Source: Octopus vulgaris (Eukaryota). Taken from it: 64,000 nucleotides of DNA. The translations under genes and the position numbers were made by a program. The notes under the pieces are model-generated. The model did not search any database and was not told the DNA's origin. It worked only from the letters and a program-made list of their open reading frames with translations. Location: contig OX597831.1 of assembly GCA_951406725.2 (NCBI GenBank), positions 64,418,001 to 64,482,000 on the forward strand, read 5' to 3'. Of this stretch, positions 1-13,914 are shown piece after piece (the first letter of the stretch is position 1; the number at the start of each line of letters is the position of its first letter).

Positions 1-39
1 TATATATATATATATATATATATGTGTGTATGTGTGTGT

Positions 40-253
40 ATATGTTTGCGTGTCTGTGTTTGTCCCCCCAACATCGCTTGACAACTGATGCTGATGCATT
101 TACGTCCCTGTAACTTAGCGGTTCAGTAAAAGGAGCCGATAGAATAAGTACTAGACTTACAATGAATAAGTCCTGGGGTAGATTTGCTCAACTAAAGGCG
201 GTGCTCCAGCATGGCCGCAGTCAAATGACTGAAACAAGTAAAAGAGTAAAGAG
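40..253 (+). mobile_element. SINE family A, 3' half
   Basis: Same body and tail (cagcatggccgcagtcaaatgactgaaacaagtaaaagag) as the full copy at 60271-60657. Confidence 0.85.
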
Positions 254-695
254 AGATATAATCTGTCCTCACACACACACACATACACACACACACACAC
301 ACATAATCTTTCCTCTGTCAAAACGCCCCTACAACCCATCTTCCCAGAACTGATGATAGTGTCGCTAAGGGAACTCGAAGAGGGCTTTGTTTGCTGTGAA
401 ATACTAGTAAGACTGTCCGATACCCATGATCACTGATACCCATGATCACCACCCATTGCAGGTCCCTCACCTCTCACATGCCTTTCCACACACTCTCTAT
501 GCTCTAACATATCTACTACATCCTCTCCCCAGCCACTCCAGTTTCTCTCACCATCACTTTCTGGAATCATGTCTTCCCCATCTCTAAACATCTCTCCTCA
601 TACTCTTACAGAACATCCCTCTCTGTCTCCTCTGTACAATGTATACTCCGCTGTTCCCTGTGGGTAAGCCCCCACCATACATCTCCAACATCATC

Positions 696-736
<41 letters not shown>

Positions 737-949
737 CTTACTGTCTCTCTAACTTCCTCTCTAACTTCCTCTCTAACACTCTCTTCTCTTCCTCTCCTTC
801 CCTGTTCTTCTCGGGTAGCCAAGTCTCTCCTCTATAGTAAGACAACTATATCTGTCTCTCTGTTATACTCTAACCTCTCTCCTGGTTCATTGTCACTTCC
901 CTTGGTTCCACTCCCCGCCTCAGCTGAGAAGTTTTTGGCTTCCAAACTA

Positions 950-1240
950 CTTGCTGACCCTGCTGGTGTCACTTAAAAAGCACCTGTACTAGTGACACTT
1001 AAAAAGCACGTGTGCTGATACCACATAAAAAACACCTGTGCTGGTACTGTGTACAAAGCATCCAGTACACTTTGTAAAGTGGTTGGCTTAAGGAAGGGCA
1101 TCCAGCTATAGAAACTGTGCCCAAACTTGTGTAGCTTTCTAGCTTGACAGCTCTAGCTGAACTGTCCCACCCCTGCCAACATGGGAAACAGATGTTGCAT
1201 GGTGATGATGATAATGCTGATGATGATGATGATGATGATG
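950..1240 (+). mobile_element. SINE/LINE-tail family C ((GAT)n tail)
   Basis: ggttggc..aggaagggcatccagct..gaaac motif, aaaagcacc subrepeats, (gat)n tail; recurs many times in the window. Confidence 0.75.
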
Positions 1241-1897
1241 CATATAGGTCAGACAGAATTTATTGAGGCAAATTGTTTACAGCCTGATGCCCTCTTTATT
1301 ACCAACTCTTACTTATTTCCAAGTTAGGTATGGCAGTGGAGTAAGAATCTTAGTTCCCAACCATATGGTTCAGGCTTCAGTAATCTCTTACTATTTAGAA
1401 ATCTCTCTATATATATATATACATATATATACATACACACATACATATATATATATATATATATTATTAGTATAGGAAAGAATGGAGCTGAACGAAGATT
1501 TAACAAAATTCCTTTATTTTATTTTCGACATATAAAACTTCAAATTTCCGCACTAAGGCACGGATTTTATGCCCTATGGTCGTAACTTCAACCGTGCCCT
1601 TTCTGTTGTGAGTTTGCTACCCAGGTATCGGTTATCTTTCAAATTATCCGTAACAAGATAATTCATTTGTTTACTTAAATAATATATATATATATATATA
1701 TATAACTATAAATAATATGTAAATATTTGCATATATATGTATGTATATATGCATATATTTATATATTATTTATATTATTATATGATCGAACACCACACAT
1801 CCTTTTCCAAGTAAGTTTTATGTATATATACACACACACACACATATATATATACATATATATATTTATGTGTGTGTGTATATATATATATATATCT

Positions 1898-2220
1898 GAT
1901 GGGCTTCTTTCAGTTTCCATCTGCTAAATCCACTTACAAAGTTGTGGGTCTAATATAACCTATGGTTAATGACTATAGTAGAGGACACTTGCCCTAGGTG
2001 CCACACAGTGAGTCTGAACTTCAACCCACATGGTTGGGAAGCAAACTTCTGGGTTACATTCTGGGTTCAAATTCTGCCAAGGTCCACTTTGCCTTTCATC
2101 CTTTCGGGGTTGATAAATTAAGTACCAGTTATGCACTGGGGTCGATGTAATCAACTTAATCTGTTTGTCTGTCCTTGTTTGTCCCCTCTATGTTTAGCCC
2201 TTGTGGGTAATAAAGAAATA
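1898..2220. mobile_element. SINE A head (-) abutting SINE B body (+)
   Basis: 1898-2050 is reverse complement of the family A head; 2050-2220 carries gcctttcatcctttcggggttgataaattaagtaccag (Nin/Deu-like domain). Confidence 0.75.
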
Positions 2221-2825
2221 TATACCGTTACTTGTAACAGACACTCTGTAGTTTATTCCATAATGAGCTAAAACCATAGATATATGACTTCTGTCAGTGA
2301 ACCCGTTTCTCTTTTCTGTCACATATTAGGTCTCACAATGTATATAATCTCATTTACGGGAGAAGATATTCGTTTTAAAAGTCTTGATGAATCAGAAGTG
2401 GCAATTTTAATTAACATCTCACAAATTTTTCTAAGATGTCTTTCAAATTCATACTAAATTATATTTAGTTAGTGAACATCAATGATATATATATTGGCAG
2501 ACTGTGGCAGACAGTTTTATATTTAATCATAGGTTGTCAGGAGTTTCTAATCAAAATTTTACATCGCATGAGTTCGTGCATGGCTTTGTGCTTAAGAATT
2601 TTGCTTTTGAGTCATGTTGTTGCAGTTTCAATATCACTGCAGAATACCTTGTGTGTGTGCCAGGGTGGGATGAGTGTATGTGAGAGTGTGTGTGTGAATG
2701 TGTGTGTGTGTGTGTGTATGTGTGTGTGTGTATGTGTGTGTGTGTATGTATGTATGTGTGTGTGTATGTGTGTGTGTGTGTGTGGTGTAGGCAAAGAGAA
2801 AGAGAAAGAGAGAGAGAGAGAGAGA

Positions 2826-3013
2826 GGTGCAGGCATGATTGTGTGGTAAGAAGCTTGCTTCTCAACCACATGGTTCCAGGTTCAGTCCCATTGTATGGCA
2901 CCTTGGGTAAGTGTCTTTTACTACAGCCACTGATCAAACAAAACCCTGTCCATGGATTTAGTTGATGAAAACTGGAAGAAGCCCATCATGTGTTTGTGTG
3001 TGTGTGTGTGTGT

Positions 3014-3057
<44 letters not shown>

Positions 3058-3276
3058 CTGTGTGTGTGTGTCTATGTCTGTGTTTGTCCCCCACCACCCT
3101 TTCACAACCGGTATTAGTGTGTTTACATTCCTGTAACTTAACAGTTTGGCAAAAGAGGCCAATAAAATAAGAACCAGGCTTTAAAAAAAGTACTAGGGTT
3201 GATTCATTCAATTATAAATTCTTCAAGATGGTGCCCCAGCATTGCCACAATCTAATGACTGAAACAAATGAAAGAA
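2826..3276 (+). mobile_element. SINE family A, near full length with internal (TG)n
   Basis: tRNA-like head (gtgtggtaagaagc..ggttcagtccca), body and tail colinear with 60271-60657. Confidence 0.85.
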
Positions 3277-3289
3277 ATCACTAGCTACT

Positions 3290-3455
3290 ACACATTCTTT
3301 ATTTTCTCTCCTTGTTTCTTTCTGTGTTTCTCTGTCGAAGAGCATAGGCTCGAAACATTAAAGACTTTTTCACTTCCCGAGAGTTAAACTAATACATCTA
3401 TTTGTTGTCTACACCACCTGTCTTCATCTTTTGTTTTTTTATGAAATCTCCCCAT
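3290..3455 (+). mobile_element. Penelope-type pLTR fragment with degenerate hammerhead motif
   Basis: ctgtcga-a-gagc-atag-gctc-gaaac at ~3332-3364; paralogs at 11535-11690 and 59095-59310. Confidence 0.6.
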
Positions 3456-3469
3456 ATATATATTTATAG

Positions 3470-5960
3470 CAATTGTTATTACTGCCTATGCTCCTCAACC
3501 AGGTCTGTCAAATAAACAAAAGGTTTGATTTTATGATACTCTTTTGCAGGCTACCTCAATGGCAAATGACAGTGACTTTATCTTCATTACTGGTAACTTC
3601 AATGGACATATTAGGCAGTATCTCAGTGGCTTCCATGGCATGCATGGAGGTCATGGAGTTGATTTTTGCAACAGGAAGACAACAAGGCTACTGGAGTTCT
3701 GTGATGCAAATAACCTAATGATCTACATCACCAGCTTCAGGAAATCAGCCAGCCACCTGATAACCCATCGATCTGGTGGTCACACAAGTCAGATTGATTG
3801 CATTCCCTCTAGAAAGTGAGATACATGATTGCTCATAAACACAGGTGAAGAATGTACTCCTAAACATAGTTTAGTTATTAAGGACTTCAGACTTCAGGTT
3901 TGAAGGATTCTATGAAGCAGAAAAGTCTGGAAAAAATGGGTTTGGAACCTTAAGGATCTTATGAATAGTCATAGGTTTAGAGACATCCTAACTGAAGCAT
4001 TTGACCAGAAGGTGGAAGAGTTACAGATATGTGTTATAGAAGACAACAGGAAGTTCCTATGTGACAACTTAGTGAGAGCCACAAGCCAAATTTGTAGCTG
4101 GTGTAAAGTCCCAATCAGCTCTAGGATGATATAGTGGTAGAACATCATAGTAGACAGGGCCATAACTACAAAGAAACAGGCCAGAGAGGATTTGAAGAGT
4201 GAGGGTAGCAGAGAACTATACCAGGTAACTAGAAGAGGAGCTAGGCAGCAGGTATATTTAGCTGGAGGAGATGTTGAAAGGAAGAAGTTTGCCAATGTTC
4301 TGTAGTGTAAGGACCAGAAGCACAAAGGTATTCCAGATTGCAAAACTGTATCAGAGAAAACCATCATGTTGCAGGAGAGAACTGTATCCAGATGGATGGT
4401 GGCACACTTGCACTTAATGATTCTGCAAATAAAGAGGTATAGAAAAGGTATATGAAAGGCTACTAAATGTGGAGAATGCATGGGAGCAGGAGAGTTTACC
4501 TAATGTGGACCCAATTGAGGGATCAGCTATCTGAGTTGACAGCAGCATGATAGATAAAGCAAATAAGGATATAAAAATTGGAAAAGACCATGGCCCATCA
4601 GGCTTTGCAACCAAGATGCTTAAAACTTCTGGTGGAATAGGTTATGGTCTAGTCACCCATATAGAAAATCAGGTTGTCCAGGAAGGAGTCATACCCAACA
4701 AGTGGTGAAGCTGCATTATAATCAACTATGACAACAGGAAAGGTGATTGCCTCAGACAGAAGTAATTATGGACCAGGAGATGAAAGTTACAGAAGGGGTC
4801 ATAGTTGAGCTAATTAAGAAGATAGTTAAGCTAGGAGAGATGCAGTTCAGTTTTGCGCCAAGGAGAAGCACTACTGATGCGATCTTCCTAGTAAGGTAGC
4901 TGCAGAAGCACTTAGCAAAAAATAAACTGCTGTACTTGGCATTTGTCAACACAGAGAAAGCTTTTGACAGGGTTCCTCACTCATTCATCTAGTGGTTGAC
5001 GGAGAAGCTGGAGTAGATGAGTGGTTAGTGGGAGCCATCCAATCCATGTACAGGATGCTGTCAGTAAGGTGAAAATCAGCATTGAGCATAGCAAAAAATT
5101 TAGTGTGTAGGTAGTTTACCAAGGATCAGTTCTCAGATCTCTCTTATTTATCATAGTCCTCCGTGCCATACCTGAGGAATTTAAAACATTTTGCCCTTGG
5201 GTGCTCCTCTATGCTGATAACCTTGTTCTTATAGATGAATTTCTACTAGAGTTGGAGAAAAACTTTCATGTATGGGTGCAAGGACTAGAATCTCAGGGCC
5301 TTAGAGTTAATATTGCAAGATCAAAATATTAGTAAGCCAGAAACAGACAAATCATTAATCCCCTCAGGGAAATAGCCCTGTTCAATATGTAGAAAAGGTT
5401 TAGGTAGAAATTCCATATGGCGTACCCAGTACAAGCTATGGATTATAAAAGGTGCAGTGAAATCACAAGCAGGTTGACAGAGAAATGAACACTAAGAATG
5501 TGCAGGAAATAAATTTCTTCAAATATGCAGGTGTTCTTTGGAGGCAGTAGATAGTTTTTGTTACCTAGGCCACCAAATAAGAAGTAGTGGAGGTTGCCCT
5601 GAAAGTGTAAATGCCAGAATAAGAACCAACTGGGCAAAGTTCTGAACGCTATCACCTTTGTTAGTCACAAAGAACCACTCCCTCAGAGTGAAGGGCAGAT
5701 TGTATGATGCCTGTGTAGCTGTTGAGTGCAAGAGAGAAAACTGTTCTGGTATGATTGTGTGATGCATATGGATGAAGACAGCTGCATAAACAAGTGCCAA
5801 TTTCTAAATGTGGAGGGAACCTGTGGGAAATGAGGACTCAGGAAGATGTGGGATGGATGAAGTGGTGGGAAATGATTTTCAGATGTTAAGCTTCACAGAG
5901 AAGATGGCAAAGAACTGAGACAAGTGGTGATATGCTGTGCTTGAGAAGATCCACCCAGCA
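3470..5960 (+). mobile_element. RTE-clade LINE, decayed APE endonuclease + RT
   Basis: FITGNFNGHI and HLITHRSGGHTSQIDCI (APE); QFSFAPRRSTTDAIF, QGSVL and LLYADNL (RT); many stops and frameshifts. Confidence 0.9.
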
Positions 5961-6443
5961 AAGTAAAATCCATGTCCATGACCCCCTATCTCTCCCACAA
6001 CAAACTCATGTTCACCACCAATGTTTTCCTCACTCACCTCCATTCTCTACCTACCTACCTGCATACAGTATGCCCCTGTTAAATCGCTTCCCACTACCCA
6101 CCTCTAGTTTCCACTCTCCTTTTGAAATCTTGCGAACTCACCCAACTACCCATCCTCTCCAATTCCTCATCAACTCCACAATATACACCATCCTGTAACC
6201 TGGGTGTACAGGCCCTGCCTCCTCTCTGTCACATCTTCACCATCTTTCTCTCCTCTTTCTCTTCTCCATTTGTGGAAGCTATTTCTTTTTTCTCATATGA
6301 GAGACCTTTCTGTACATCACTACTACTCCCCACCATTGAGGTGTCTTGCGTTTCTATTAAATGATGGTCTTTATATACATATTCCGTGCTGGCTTTAAAT
6401 TCTTTAGAAAGTCAGTGGAGATAAACTTTAAAGTTATATATAC

Positions 6444-6469
<26 letters not shown>

Positions 6470-6477
<8 letters not shown>

Positions 6478-9400
6478 TACATACGTGGAATATCGGTGTG
6501 TGTTTGTTTGTGGCGTTGTTAGCTAACTCCTCTTACATCATTTAATCAATTTTAATGAAACTTGACACATGAGTAGAACTCATGTCTGGAAACCTCATGA
6601 CATACTTAGATTGTTGAAAAACGCGATAATACAGCACATGGACGGGATCTTTATATCTACCTGATATAACCAATTTTAAAAAAAAACACCCAAGGGAAAT
6701 AACCCATAGCACATACACTTATAATTGTTAGTTTTTAGGGAAGCTATCTATATTTGATTCTCACGATCAGTGGACCTAATTCTGCATTTCACTACTCACA
6801 GTTTTCAACAGCTAAACCTTAATATTGCCCTTTCTTGATGAATGTACACTTTCAAGGCCCATAACTCCGATAATTCTGCATTTTTCCAGTTAAAATTTTT
6901 CGATGACAGTACATAAATTTTTGATTCCTGAACGTATTTAATAAGTGTGTCCCAATACAATGAACTCATACTTTGAATGCTTAACATTCTTTAAAAAATG
7001 AAACCAAACTTCCACACCACATTGACTTGGGACACCCTGTATCAGTTATACTTATTTTACAAATCATAATATTTATTGCTTATTTACAGTTCATATAACA
7101 TTTTCTTGAAACTAATTGAGCCATCGAATTTAGAAATATTTTACAGGTTTCATTGTTTATGTTCAATTACTTTGAATATTGATTTTGTGTGTGTCTAATT
7201 TCTAATTTTTGCAGACAACATCACTTTTATACTTTATTTGACACGTGAGTAGAACTCATATCTGGAAACCTCGTGAAATACTTAGATTGTTGAAAAAAAA
7301 TCAATAATAGGGCCTTTCCAATGGATCCTTATATCTACTACATATTACTAATATTTTAGTTAAACAACCCAAGGGAAATAACTCATACCACCGGCAGTTT
7401 TTAGTGAAGCAATCAATATTTGATTCTCACAATCAGCCAACCTAATTCTGCATTTCACTACTCACAGTTCTGAGCTGCTAAACATTATTATTGCACCTCC
7501 TTGATTTGAAACTTAAACCTTAAGGACTTCATTCATACATTTCTATACATGCATATTTTCTGAATGCCCATTACTCCGATAATTCTGCGAGTTTACAGTT
7601 AAACTTTTTCCATGACAGTAGATAAATTTTTTATTCCACAACGTATTTGTAGTGGTTTCATGCAGGCATAGTGTGGATTCAATCCTTGATTGCCAAATTT
7701 CTCTTAACACATCAGCAGTGCTTTTCTCACAGTAAAACAGTAGTTTTTCTGTGAATGACAGCAGTTATACATTTCCCAGATGTCTTCGCTAAGCAGAATA
7801 ATGTCTTTGCCACTTGACCTTTCTAACCTCTTCTAGGCCACCGGAGGCTGGAATGGAGAAAACAGACCTCCAACGAAATCATTTCTTCTCAACAATATGT
7901 CAATCCTTCTGGTTACTTTTTGTGGCAGTTATAACAAAATTGGTTTCTTATATTAGAGTAATAAGACATTTCAATAGAACATCTTTATCCCCATGAATTA
8001 CTGGGTACACATTTTTCACACATAATTGCTTGGTAAATTAATAACACTGGGGGACATGGCTTTTATTGTCAAGTATTAGAGACATGTATCCTAATTAATT
8101 TTCGAGTGCTGATTTCAAAAATGGAACCCATTTTGCTCTATCATGTCAAAATTCTTCACAAACTCAAATGTCCATTTTTCAACATATCTAGTATTGTCAC
8201 CATTTCTAAAGAGCTGCGCAAAACTTTGAAAATCTAGTTTTTCAATATCATTTGAAGTAATTACTATGACAAAAGTGAAAATAAAAGTCATGATTTGAGT
8301 ACCTTCAGTAAATAAAAAGCACCAAACTTAAACAACTGTTACTATTTTCAATGTAACCAGTTTTAAATGTCATGATGATGACAGAAATACCCTTTATACA
8401 ATTAGATGTTAGTAAACAACACATTTCTGTGGTCCATATTTGTGGAATTTGTCTGCAGATATGACCACGCCAAGCTTGATTTAGAACTGTATTTGCAAAC
8501 CAGTTTTGCTGAACCTCTAACTATTTCTTATGAAAATTGGTATTTTGAACGTGCCCTTAATGTTTTAATTGTGGGGTCACATGGGCTAAGGTCACTTTCT
8601 GTCAAGCATTGTCAAAGAAGAGTAGAAATCATAGTATAATAACTGACAAGCAAGGAGGAAAATTTGACTAAGACATTGAGACCATGGAGACTAGTTATCT
8701 ACATATTTCTTTACTACCCACAAGGGGCTAAACACAGAGAGGACAAACAAGGGCAGACAAAGGGATTAAGTCGATTTTATCGACCCAGTGCGTAACTGGT
8801 ACTTAATTTATCGACCCTGAAAGGATTAAAGGCAAAGTCGACCTCGGCGGAATTTGAACTCAGGATGTAACGGCAGACGAAATACCGCTAAGCATTTCGC
8901 CCAGCGTGCTAATGTTTCTGCCAGCTCACCGCCATAAGACTAGTTATCTAAATGTGGAACACAAACATGACAGCTGACAACTGCTAATCTCTGCAATGAT
9001 GCAAGTTATTCATGCAAAGCAGCAAAGAGTAAGTTTGCACCTTGATTAGCTGAAACTCCAGTTTGACAGAAATATCTATCCACACTATGCCTGCATGAAA
9101 CCACTACAAATACGTTGTGGAATAAAAAAATTCATCTACTGTCATGGAAAAAGCTTAACTGTAAACTTGCAGAATTATCGGAGTAATGGGCATTCAAAAA
9201 AGTATGTATGTATAGAAATGTATGAATGAAGTCTTTAAGGTTTAAGTTTCAAATCAAGGAGGTGCAATAATAATGTTTAGCAGTTCAGAGCTGTGAGTAG
9301 TGAAATGCAGAATTAGGTTGGCTGATTGTGAGAATCAAATATTGATCGCTTCGCTAAAAACTGCCGGTGGTATGAGTTATTTCCCTTGGGTTGTTTAACT

Positions 9401-9704
9401 AAAATATTAGTAATATGTAGTAGATATAAGGATCCATTGGAAAGGCCCTATTATTGATTTTTTTTCAACAATCTAAGTATTTCACGAGGTTTCCAGATAT
9501 AAGTTCTACTCACGTGTCAAATAAAGTATAAAAGTGATGTTGTCTGCAAAAATTAGAAATTAGACACACACAAAATCAATATTCAAAGTAATTGAAATAA
9601 GTATAACTGATACAGGGTGTCCCAAGTCAATGTGGTGTGGAAGTTTGGTTTCATTTTTTAAAGAATGTTAAGCATTCAAAGTATGAGTTCATTGTATTGG
9701 GACA
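6470..9704. mobile_element. Helitron-like non-autonomous element with internal direct and inverted duplications
   Basis: 5' motif gtttgtttg..taactcctc..aattttaatgaaacttgacac like 31908-32280; 6560-6940 ~ 7237-7648 direct; 6948-7056 plus 7162-7678 inverted at 9078-9704; no 3' CTAG end identified. Confidence 0.55.
8702..8936 (-). mobile_element. SINE family B (tRNA head + Nin/Deu-like domain), full length
   Basis: 14-bp TSD agactagttatcta at 8688-8701 and 8937-8950. Confidence 0.92.
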
Positions 9705-9995
9705 TCATTAAACATTTGTGTAATATATTTGTCAAGCAACAAAAGTATTATTTGGTTTGTTTTAGTTTCTTATTTCAGTATTGCATTTAATGACAAAATT
9801 GACATTTTTTTGGTAAAAGAAATTAATTCCTGTTTAACAAATAACTTCGTGTAGTAGGAAATTTCTTGGGGCATTTCTGAACCCAAATTAAGTAGGACTA
9901 ATTGTAAAATACAAGACAACTAAAATTTTTTTTCCTGGCCTTATTAATAAAATAATAAAAGCAGATGACCCCCTATTACTCATGGGCAAAATACA

Positions 9996-10186
9996 TCATC
10001 ATCATCATCGTTTAACGTCCACTTTCCATGCTAGCATGGGTTGGACGATTTTGACTAAAGGCTGGTGAACCAGATGGTTGCACCAGGCTCCAGTCTTGAT
10101 TTGGCAGAGTTTCTACAGTTGGATGCCCTTCCTAACACCAACCACTCCGAGAGTGTAGTGGGTGCTTTTTATGTGCCACCGGCATG
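9996..10186 (-). mobile_element. Family C retroposon, 5'-truncated
   Basis: 14-bp TSD atgggcaaaataca at 9982-9995 and 10187-10200; (cat)n tail. Confidence 0.9.
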
Positions 10187-11137
10187 ATGGGCAAAATACA
10201 ATTTTGCTTATTCAGAAGCTGTAGAAAAAAAGACTTGTAGAAAAAAAAGAAGAAAGCTGACAGTAGTTTTGAAATCAACAAATCAATTTTAGTGTAAATC
10301 AAGTGAAAAAGCAAACTCAATAGAAGTTATGTTCAAAATTGTTCCCCTGTGTAATCCAAACTTTAAAAATTCAGATCTGTGTCAGAGATAGGCTAAAACA
10401 CTAGTTACATTTTTATTTTCCATTTTTCCCTTTGGGTCTATCCCTAACTTCAACAAATAGAAAATTCTAAAATACATTACTAGACAGAAACAAGAATGAT
10501 TGATATGACCAGCTAAAGCCTTGAAGGTGTTACCTTAGCTTGGCTGCAGTCCAATGAGTGGAATCAATAAAAGAATGAAAGAATAAAAGAATACCAATAT
10601 TAATTAAAGAACAGTATTCAAAGTTCTCTATTAAAGACTGGTTGTTTTGCATCTGTTGCCGTCTCCCACCTTTCACACAGCAAAGATTCAATAACCTTTG
10701 ACATGATATCAATCTCTAATTACAGATACATTGTCTAACTGTCTTATTATTTTCCAAGATGTTGGAAAGTTGAACTTTGACTGTCTGACTTCATTAGTGA
10801 CTAGTGAATGTTTGCCCACCTTCCAGTCACTTCGTATTTTCTAACACTGTTTTACTATATGCATGATTATACGAAATTAAGTGTTATTCTTTGATAGACA
10901 TTACATATGTTTCTTCATAAACTCTCACACTATAAATTGTTTTAGCATTCTCTCTGTTTTTTTCTTACCTCTACCCATATATGTGTGTGTGTATATATGT
11001 GTATTTATGGGTGTGTGTGTGTATGTGCATATACATATATATATATATATATATATCTAATGTAGGATAAAATTTTTCGAAAAAAATTTTATCAATGACC
11101 AGCATATTAAAAAATACCTTTAAAGGTTAAATTATAA

Positions 11138-11343
11138 ACAACTTATAAATAAGGGCAAACGAAAACATTTCTAATGCCAAATATGCCGAAAATTGGACAT
11201 ATTGTCCATTTACCATATAATTTTTTTCCCAGTACGCACGCTTGCGTACTGGGAAAAAAATTATATGGTAAATGGACAATATGTCCAATTTTCGGCATAT
11301 TTGGCATTAGAAATGTTTTCGTTTGCCCTTATTTATAAGTTGT
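11138..11343. repeat. Perfect 101-bp inverted repeat with 4-nt loop
   Basis: 11138-11238 is the reverse complement of 11243-11343; loop cgct. Confidence 0.95.
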
Positions 11344-11416
11344 ATATATATATATATATATAATTAATAATATCATGGTACTAAAGATTTTAGAAATTTT
11401 TACTACCAGTGGCCTA

Positions 11417-11483
<67 letters not shown>

Positions 11484-11720
11484 CAGAGAGAGAGGGACTC
11501 AGAGAGAGAGAGAGATTGATCACTAAATAGACAAGTTTTTTATTCTCCCTCTGTTTATTTCCTCATATTCCTTTCTGTTGAAGAGCACAGGCTGAAAACA
11601 TAAAAGACTTTCTCACTTGCCCAAGTGTCAAACAAATACACCTTCTTGTTGTTCATACACCCGTCTTCTTTTTTTTTTCTGTAAATTTCAACTATGTATG
11701 TATGTATGTATGTATGTATT

Positions 11721-11752
<32 letters not shown>

Positions 11753-11772
11753 TGTATTTATATGTATGTATG

Positions 11773-11811
<39 letters not shown>

Positions 11812-11954
11812 AGTGAAGTGAATTCCCATACAGGAAAAAATATAGAATTTGTTTTGAAGTTTGAAAATGCATATGAATCTCAAAACATGTAGTCATTGAG
11901 TTATTCAAACACCAAACCAGTTTCAACAATTTTTTGATTATCAATGGTACAAAT

Positions 11955-12310
11955 CATCATTGTCATCATCATCATTTAACGTCCATTGTCCATGTTGGTA
12001 TGAGTTGGACAGTTTGACTGGGCAGGAACACTGGAAGGCTGCACCACACTCGAGTCTGATTTAGCATGGTTTTCTACGGCTGGAAGCCCTTCCTGACGCC
12101 AATCACTGTGAGAGTGTAATGGGTGCTTTTACATGCCACTGGCATGGGTGTCATTTGCATGACACCAGGTGTGTTTACATGCCACCAGCACGAGTGCCAA
12201 TTTGTGTGACACTGGTATCTGCCATGACTGCAATTTTGCTCAGCCTGATGGGTCTTCTTCTCAAGCATGACATAATGCCAAATGTCATGGTCATTGCTCT
12301 CGTGCAGCAC
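11955..12310 (-). mobile_element. Family C retroposon
   Basis: (cat)n tail then tttctacggctggaagcccttcctgacgccaa motif. Confidence 0.8.
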
Positions 12311-12448
12311 AATATATAAATAAACCCTATATTTATATATTTGCACCATTGGTAAGCAAAGATCAACAGAACCAGTTTGGTATTTCAATAAATTTAAAAA
12401 CGACACATTTTGAGATTCAGGTGTATTTTCAAACCCCAGAACAAATTC

Positions 12449-12487
<39 letters not shown>

Positions 12488-12668
12488 AAAATGGAGAAGC
12501 AAATTCATCTCGTTCATCAACTTACGGATATTACAATTTTACATTATTTATTAATTATACAAATGAGAACATCAAAATCAAACAAAACATTATATAAATC
12601 AATAGGTAATATAATAATAAAAATAATACAAATACATATTTTAATAGTCATATTATAAATTGTTGAAA

Positions 12669-12702
<34 letters not shown>

Positions 12703-13319
12703 CACAGACACACACATACATACGCACACCAAAACATGCGCACACATATGCACGCACACGCACAAAAAGAAACTCACAACCCCACGGATGCACGCATATA
12801 CATCCATTTACGCTTACACACACACACACATACAAGCGCACACATACACGCACACACAACTACACACACACACAAATGAAGCCACACATACATCCCATAC
12901 GGCACACAACCATACATACACGCACACACATACATACACGCACACAATTATACATACGTATATATACACACACACGCACGTACAAGCACACACGCACACC
13001 TACACTAAGTTAAGCACAGTTTCTCGCCATACACACAAAAAAACGCACACGTACACACACACATACCACAACAAAACACACACACGATACATATACACGC
13101 ACACACACATACCTCCCTGTTTCTGACCTGCCTTTCTGACTTGCTAGGGTACCCCCACACCACCCCTTAATTCTACTACTGCCTGCTACTAGCCATTGTC
13201 CACCATACACACACACACACACACACACGCACACATACACACTTGTCATCTCGCACACCTTTTTTACCATTCCTTCTTCGATATAGCTCTCTTGTTTTTA
13301 AAAACATTTTCCTCCTTTT

Positions 13320-13542
13320 TAACCACTTCCGTCTTTTTAGTATGTGAACTCGTGAATACCACCGGCGATTTTTTTTTTCCCCTGTCCTCCCGTCTCGGGA
13401 TCTTTCCTTCTCCCATGTTTCCGACGAAGAGCTCCGCTCGAAACGTCAAACCCTCCTTTTCCCTTCTTTCCTGAGCGTCCAATAATACTTTATTTGTTCC
13501 ACATCCTTGCGTTGTTGTCTTTTTGTTTTCTTGTTTGGATTA

Positions 13543-13545
<3 letters not shown>
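13320..13545 (+). mobile_element. Penelope-type pLTR fragment
   Basis: Contains hammerhead motif 13417-13451; diverged inverted paralog at 14137-14340. Confidence 0.7.
13417..13451 (+). ncRNA. Minimal type I hammerhead ribozyme motif (U4C variant)
   Basis: guuu-CCGACGA-a-gagc-ucc-gcuc-GAA-ac-gu-C-aaac: stem I guuu/aaac, stem II gagc/gcuc, palindromic ACGU stem III, GUC site. Confidence 0.65.
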
Positions 13546-13581
<36 letters not shown>

Positions 13582-13584
<3 letters not shown>

Positions 13585-13743
13585 AGGTTACTTTCAGTTT
13601 CTGTCTACCAAATCCACTCACAAGGACTTGGTCAGCCCAAAGCTTTAGTAGAAAATGCTTGCTCAAGGTACCATACTGTGGAACTAAACCCAGAACTATG
13701 TGGTTGGGAAACAAGCTTCTTACCACATAGTCACACCTGCTCC
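13582..13743 (-). mobile_element. SINE A 5' part
   Basis: Reverse complement of family A head. Confidence 0.8.
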
Positions 13744-13914
13744 TATGTGTGCGCAACAAAAGGATATCTACAGAAAAGTTACAGACTGTTTGCTGACATA
13801 AAAGACGCACTTTTCTTTCTGAAACATAACTCAAAAAAGGGTGCTATGTGCAAAGTTTGGCCTATATTACATGCTTTAATGCATCAAAATTCTTCTTTTT
13901 TTTTTCTGAATATA

